NCBI GenBank assembly: GCA_022646745.1
Contig: CP060262.1
Coordinates: 1,650,001 to 1,682,000, forward strand
DNA: 32,000 nt
Direction: 5' to 3'
Origin: Planctomycetales bacterium
Lineage (GTDB): Bacteria > 4484-113 > JAFGCY01
Below, piece by piece: positions 28,144 through 32,000 of this stretch; position 1 is the first letter of the stretch, and each line of letters opens with the position of its first letter. A program made the position numbers and the translations under genes. A model generated the notes under the pieces. That model made no database searches. It saw only the letters and a program-made list of their open reading frames with translations, and was not told the origin of the DNA.

Positions 28144-29928
28144 ATGACACACCTGAATTTCAGCAAGCTTGCAGCTACCGTACTTACTACGGCTGTGCTG
28201 GGAGCATGGATTGTTGGCTGCGGCGGAGGCAGTACCTCCCCCGACCCGGTCAACCTCAATGATCCCGGCAGCAACGGGATCGTCGGCGGCGATAACCTGA
28301 CCGGCAACATCAGCGTGGGCCTGCCCCAGGCTGGATTTGCCCCCGACCAGGTTCCCGGTGCATCCGTAGATGCCCCGCTCGGCCTTAACACCGAGTATTC
28401 CCCGGTGTTCGGCGGCGTTGAGACCACCAAGTCCTCCGCCAAGAGCTCCTCAGCCCTGCAGCCAGGTGACGACATGGCGATCCGTGCCGCGACCATTGCG
28501 GATTTCGGTGCCGAGCCGGACTATGACGCTGAGAACCCGAGCTTCACCGAGGGTGAGATCGTCACCCTGTGGGTCGAATACGAGGTGAGTGGCCAGGCTC
28601 CCGGCGTGGCCATCAGCTGGTACTCCGCTGAGACCGAGATTGACTACACCGCGCCCTTCATCGCAACTGACGGCGCCGGTGTCTACACCACGAAGTTCAC
28701 CGCCACCGTGCCCGTCGGCTCCGCCGGCCAGGCCAGCTATGACTTCACCCTCGACTACGGCAAGATCACCAGCGTGGTGGTCGGCCCGGGCGTGGAAGGC
28801 CCCGACACCGTGAACGTTCCGTTCACCATTGAGGCCAACACCCCGAACGAGGAATACACCTACGAGCCTCCGACCGAGACTCCTCCGGGCGATAACCCGG
28901 ACTGTGTCCCCGATATCAGCGTGGCCTGGAGTGACGATGACCTGTCGGTCACTGCCACTTCATCCGCTGCCCTCAAGAGCATCACACTGCAGTTTGAGGA
29001 CTTTACGAGCCAGAGTTTCAACTACGAAGGCCAGAACGTTTTCGTGGCTACCGCGTCCGGTACCGGTTCCAACAGTGGAAAGAGGCTGCGTGGTACATAT
29101 GTCGAGTCCGGTTGCAACTCTGATTACTGGAACGAGTCAGGCGATGGTGAATACTTCGGCCACAATATCACCGGTCACAACCTGATGGTCTGGGAAGACC
29201 TTATCCAGAACTCCGACTACGACTACAACGACTTCGTCTCCTCGATGTTCCTGAAGGAGATCCGCGATGGCAACGGCGACCTGATCGAGATCAACCTTGA
29301 GATCAAGGCCCTGGCCCGTGGTGCCGGTTACGACCATGACTGGCAGTTCAACATCGACAGCGCCTTCCCGGGTGCGGTCTGTGTCGCGACCATTGACCAG
29401 TACTACGCCACCGGCCTCCGTCATGGACCGCAGCGCGTCTGGTACTCCAACCAGGGTGTCAGCATCCCGGTATTCGTCAGCAGCAAGCAGGCCCTGCCGG
29501 CTCCTAAGGGCTACTGGGCGACCAACGCCTTCGACAGCCAGCCCGTCGTGCAGGGTGACTACGCGATCGTGAAGATCCAGTTCAGCACCCCGATGAAGCA
29601 GGGCAGCTACACCGCAATGCCATACGAGCCCGAGCTGCGTGTCCATCCGAGTGGTGGCAACGTCTACGTTGTTCCGCTGTGGACCAAGCCCGGTGACTAC
29701 ATCGATTCCAACGGACGTCCGCTGGCCTTCATCGTGCCCAACACCTACGCATGGTGCGCGGAGAGCAAGAAGATCTGGAACGTCTATCCGGGATTCAACG
29801 ACTTCGCCAACTGGGCCAATGGCACCGCCGCTGAGCCCAACGTGAAGTTCTATGACACTGCTCCGGTTGGTGACATCTTCAATGAGTCCTACAACCTGAT
29901 CAACTCAGTCGAGTTCATCACCGAGTAA
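28144..29928 (+). CDS. Lipoprotein with a C-terminal LruC-type domain (DUF4842-like)
   Basis: Signal plus lipobox: LTTAVLGAWIVGCGGG. The C-terminal segment VWEDLIQNSDYDYNDFVSSMFLKE...LEIKALARGAGYDHDWQFNI resembles the FEDxWPxxGDYDxNDxVV ... ARGAG signature I recall for LruC-domain proteins. Confidence 0.75.
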   Translation: MTHLNFSKLAATVLTTAVLGAWIVGCGGGSTSPDPVNLNDPGSNGIVGGDNLTGNISVGLPQAGFAPDQVPGASVDAPLGLNTEYSPVFGGVETTKSSAKSSSALQPGDDMAIRAATIADFGAEPDYDAENPSFTEGEIVTLWVEYEVSGQAPGVAISWYSAETEIDYTAPFIATDGAGVYTTKFTATVPVGSAGQASYDFTLDYGKITSVVVGPGVEGPDTVNVPFTIEANTPNEEYTYEPPTETPPGDNPDCVPDISVAWSDDDLSVTATSSAALKSITLQFEDFTSQSFNYEGQNVFVATASGTGSNSGKRLRGTYVESGCNSDYWNESGDGEYFGHNITGHNLMVWEDLIQNSDYDYNDFVSSMFLKEIRDGNGDLIEINLEIKALARGAGYDHDWQFNIDSAFPGAVCVATIDQYYATGLRHGPQRVWYSNQGVSIPVFVSSKQALPAPKGYWATNAFDSQPVVQGDYAIVKIQFSTPMKQGSYTAMPYEPELRVHPSGGNVYVVPLWTKPGDYIDSNGRPLAFIVPNTYAWCAESKKIWNVYPGFNDFANWANGTAAEPNVKFYDTAPVGDIFNESYNLINSVEFITE

Positions 29929-29946
29929 TCCTTCTCCGAGGAAAAC

Positions 29947-29980
29947 GGGGGGCCCGCAGTGCGGGTCCCCCATTTTTTTT
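29947..29980 (+). terminator. Rho-independent terminator of the LruC-type gene
   Basis: GGGGGGCCCGC-agt-GCGGGTCCCCC (11-bp stem with one G-U) followed by A and then T8 (29973..29980). Confidence 0.85.
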
Positions 29981-30191
29981 GCCCGCTCATGCCAGCATTC
30001 GCGGGTCTGACCCTGCGGCTGCGCATTCGCGCATCCGGGTCGGGTTGAACTTGCAGGTGATTGGGAGGTGCTTCGGGCAGGAGGAGTGGAACTTGTTTCA
30101 CTCCGGTATGCAAACTGCCGAGCGCTTGCGTGAGGCAGCAGGAGATTCGGGTCTGGCGTTAGAATCAGTGTAGCAATCCCGGAGGCTGATC

Positions 30192-32000
30192 ATGTCCGGA
30201 ACCGATTCCTGCAAAACCTGCTTCGCGATTTCCCCAAAGCATGCGTACCTTATTTCGCTGCTGATGTTGCTCCTGTGCTGCCAGCCCCACCTGCAGCCCG
30301 CTACCACTACGGCGCTTCCACAGGGGCAGGCTACCACCGGACGCACTGAACTGATCCTGGCGGCCCAGGCCCCGGTGGAGGAGTACAAGGCCCCGCCCGG
30401 CGTTGACCAGGACAGGGTGATCGCCTACCACAACCAGGGCAACCAGTTCCTCGCACTCGAGATGTGGGATGATGCCGAGGCCCAGTTCCGCGAGGCGATC
30501 CGCCTCGATCCCAACAACCCTTATTCCTACAACGGCCTGGCGCTGGCTCAGTACGGCCGCGGTGAGTACCCACTGGCCATCACGTCCTGCCAGCAGGCGA
30601 TCAGCCTGCAGCCCGGCTACGCCTACGTGCGCTGCACGCTGGCGCTGGCCCTGTTCCAGTCAGGCAGCCGCGGTGCCGCCGTCGAGGTGCTGGAGGAAGC
30701 CCAGGCCCTGTCCGCCCCCGGTGAGGAGGCCTACACACTGGCAACGGCATTGCTTACGCGCTTCCGCCAGAAGCTGGCAGACGAGCCGGGCAGCGCGATG
30801 TTCAGCCTGCAGGCCGGCGATGACTCCGTCGCGGCTTTCCTCCAGCAGCGTGAAAGCTTCGAGGACATCTTCGTCAGCAGCCCCTTCACGGCCGGCAGCA
30901 CGGCTCCGGGGGCGGCCTCAGCAGAGTATGAGCGGCTGCGGGCGGCCAAGGTGGCGCAGGTGCTCAGCGACAGCGCGGACCTGGTGCAGGCCGCTGCCGG
31001 CCTCGATCCGGTGCTGCGGGAATTGGAATCCGTTGTCAACAACGCAGCGAATGAACTGGCAGACGCCATCCCGGCCCAGCAGGGACTGGCGGCGCATATC
31101 CGTGAGCGCAATGCGGCCCTGGCGGGGGAGCAGCGTGAGGCCGCGGATTTCCTCGCCCGGTTGGACACGGGTTCGAAGGACGAATTCGTGCGCAGCTCAC
31201 TGGAGTACCAGCGCAGCCTGATGGCGATGCGGCTCGGCAGCCTGCAGCTGCAGCAGGTTGACAACCTGATCAAGCAGGCCGCTGTACTGGTGGCCACTTC
31301 CCGCGGCGGGATGGGTGCTTCCGCCGCGGACTATGAACAGCGGCTGCTGGCCGGGCTGGCCGTGCATGACCGCGAGGCCGGGCGCAAGGCGCGGCTGGAC
31401 CATGCGCTGCACTATGTTGACGACGGCCTGCGCGCGCTGGACACCGCGGACTACTACTACGGGCTGGAGGCCGTGGCCTTCATGCGCACCGAGATGGCCA
31501 GCGTGCGCTTCCGGGCGATGAACCTGCGCACCTCGGACCGCATCGACAAAGAGAGTGCCCGGCTGGCACTCGGTACGGTGGACTGGCTGGATGCCCTGTC
31601 CCGTGAGCTGCAGGAACAGTTTGACAACATGGACACCAGCCGCCTGCTGGACGATGCGGAGCTGCGAGCGATGGCGGATGATGCTCCGGGTGGGGCATTG
31701 CGCGCGGCAATGTTCGTGCTGTCAATCGACACGGCATATGCCGATGACAAGGTCTACTCACAGAATGTGCAGCGCGCCTTACAGCGTGACAGGCGGCTGT
31801 TCGACCGCTCCACCTCGGAATATGAAGGCATCCCGCATGCCATCGGTGGGATGGTGCGTGCCACGCAGGACCTGGCCGGCTCCACGGTGGATACGCTGGA
31901 TGCGCTGGTCAGCACGGCGGTGATCCCGGTGGCCGGCGCCTGGTACGGCGACAGTGGGCAGGAGATCTGGCGCGAGATCAAGGGCAAGTACACGGCGGTG
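30192..32000 (+). CDS. TPR-repeat protein with an N-terminal signal/anchor and a long helical C-terminal region (603 codons, continues past the right edge)
   Basis: Own translation from the ATG at 30192 (GGAGG with a 6-nt spacer): MSGTDSCKTCFAISPKHAYLISLLMLLLCCQPHL...VIAYHNQGNQFLALEMWDDAEAQFREAIRLDPNNPYSYNGLALAQYGRGEYPLAITSCQQAISLQPGYAYVRCTLALALFQSG... (TPR motifs). The frame stays open to the last base. It is absent from the track because it has no stop. Track ORFs 30469..31221 (+) and 30731..31297 (-) are off-frame shadows. Confidence 0.75.
   Translation, partial: MSGTDSCKTCFAISPKHAYLISLLMLLLCCQPHLQPATTTALPQGQATTGRTELILAAQAPVEEYKAPPGVDQDRVIAYHNQGNQFLALEMWDDAEAQFREAIRLDPNNPYSYNGLALAQYGRGEYPLAITSCQQAISLQPGYAYVRCTLALALFQSGSRGAAVEVLEEAQALSAPGEEAYTLATALLTRFRQKLADEPGSAMFSLQAGDDSVAAFLQQRESFEDIFVSSPFTAGSTAPGAASAEYERLRAAKVAQVLSDSADLVQAAAGLDPVLRELESVVNNAANELADAIPAQQGLAAHIRERNAALAGEQREAADFLARLDTGSKDEFVRSSLEYQRSLMAMRLGSLQLQQVDNLIKQAAVLVATSRGGMGASAADYEQRLLAGLAVHDREAGRKARLDHALHYVDDGLRALDTADYYYGLEAVAFMRTEMASVRFRAMNLRTSDRIDKESARLALGTVDWLDALSRELQEQFDNMDTSRLLDDAELRAMADDAPGGALRAAMFVLSIDTAYADDKVYSQNVQRALQRDRRLFDRSTSEYEGIPHAIGGMVRATQDLAGSTVDTLDALVSTAVIPVAGAWYGDSGQEIWREIKGKYTAV

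Noticed and set aside
1-32000. Search for tRNA, rRNA, tmRNA, RNase P, transposase, integrase, toxin-antitoxin or known defence genes
   Set aside because: I spotted no conserved cores (for example a GGTTCGAATCC-type T-arm or the RNase P GAGGAAAGTCC) and no matching protein motifs. Absence by eye is not proof. tRNAscan-SE, Infernal and DefenseFinder should be run.

Overview
High-GC (by eye above 60% G+C) bacterial chromosomal segment, probably from an uncultured environmental lineage. It carries lipobox lipoproteins, dockerin- and LruC-type surface proteins and an RRM-type RNA-binding protein. Taxonomy cannot be assigned from the sequence alone.

I support 25 protein-coding genes plus one doubtful small ORF. 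Two genes (1..448 minus, 30192..32000 plus) are open at the window edges and so are missing from the supplied ORF track.

Gene blocks, left to right:
- CPA2 antiporter fragment, a membrane-anchored propeller-like protein, and a Fur-family regulator with a palindromic box.
- A 1.1 kb gene-free repeat tract, then a hypothetical gene.
- An ArsR-headed, translationally coupled HlyD / ABC ATPase / two FtsX-permease efflux operon, followed by two lipoproteins.
- A hybrid sensor kinase with a periplasmic SBP-like domain.
- A minus-strand MocR - dockerin lipoprotein - metallophosphoesterase operon.
- A beta-lactamase-fold/TPR protein.
- A tightly overlapped minus-strand operon: COG1964/Tes-like radical SAM enzyme, divergent Lgt-family protein and two tiny membrane proteins.
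- An AT-rich island with one secreted protein.
- An RRM glycine-rich RNA-binding protein, XseB, an LruC-domain lipoprotein and a TPR protein.

I found no rRNA, tRNA, CRISPR, transposase or integrase.

Most interesting:
1. The radical SAM + cysteine-substituted Lgt-like + small membrane protein operon, a candidate undescribed lipid or lipoprotein modification system.
2. A duplicated regulatory module (AGTGATCA-N17-AGTGATCA, then -35, N17, -10, then a hairpin). It is divergent from the MocR gene and drives an ORF-less structured region.
3. Intergenic regions that are unusually long and packed with short tandem heptamer, hexamer and octamer arrays and two dispersed repeat families.
4. A strongly AT-rich single-gene island.

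All functional calls rest on motif recognition by eye. No database search was run.
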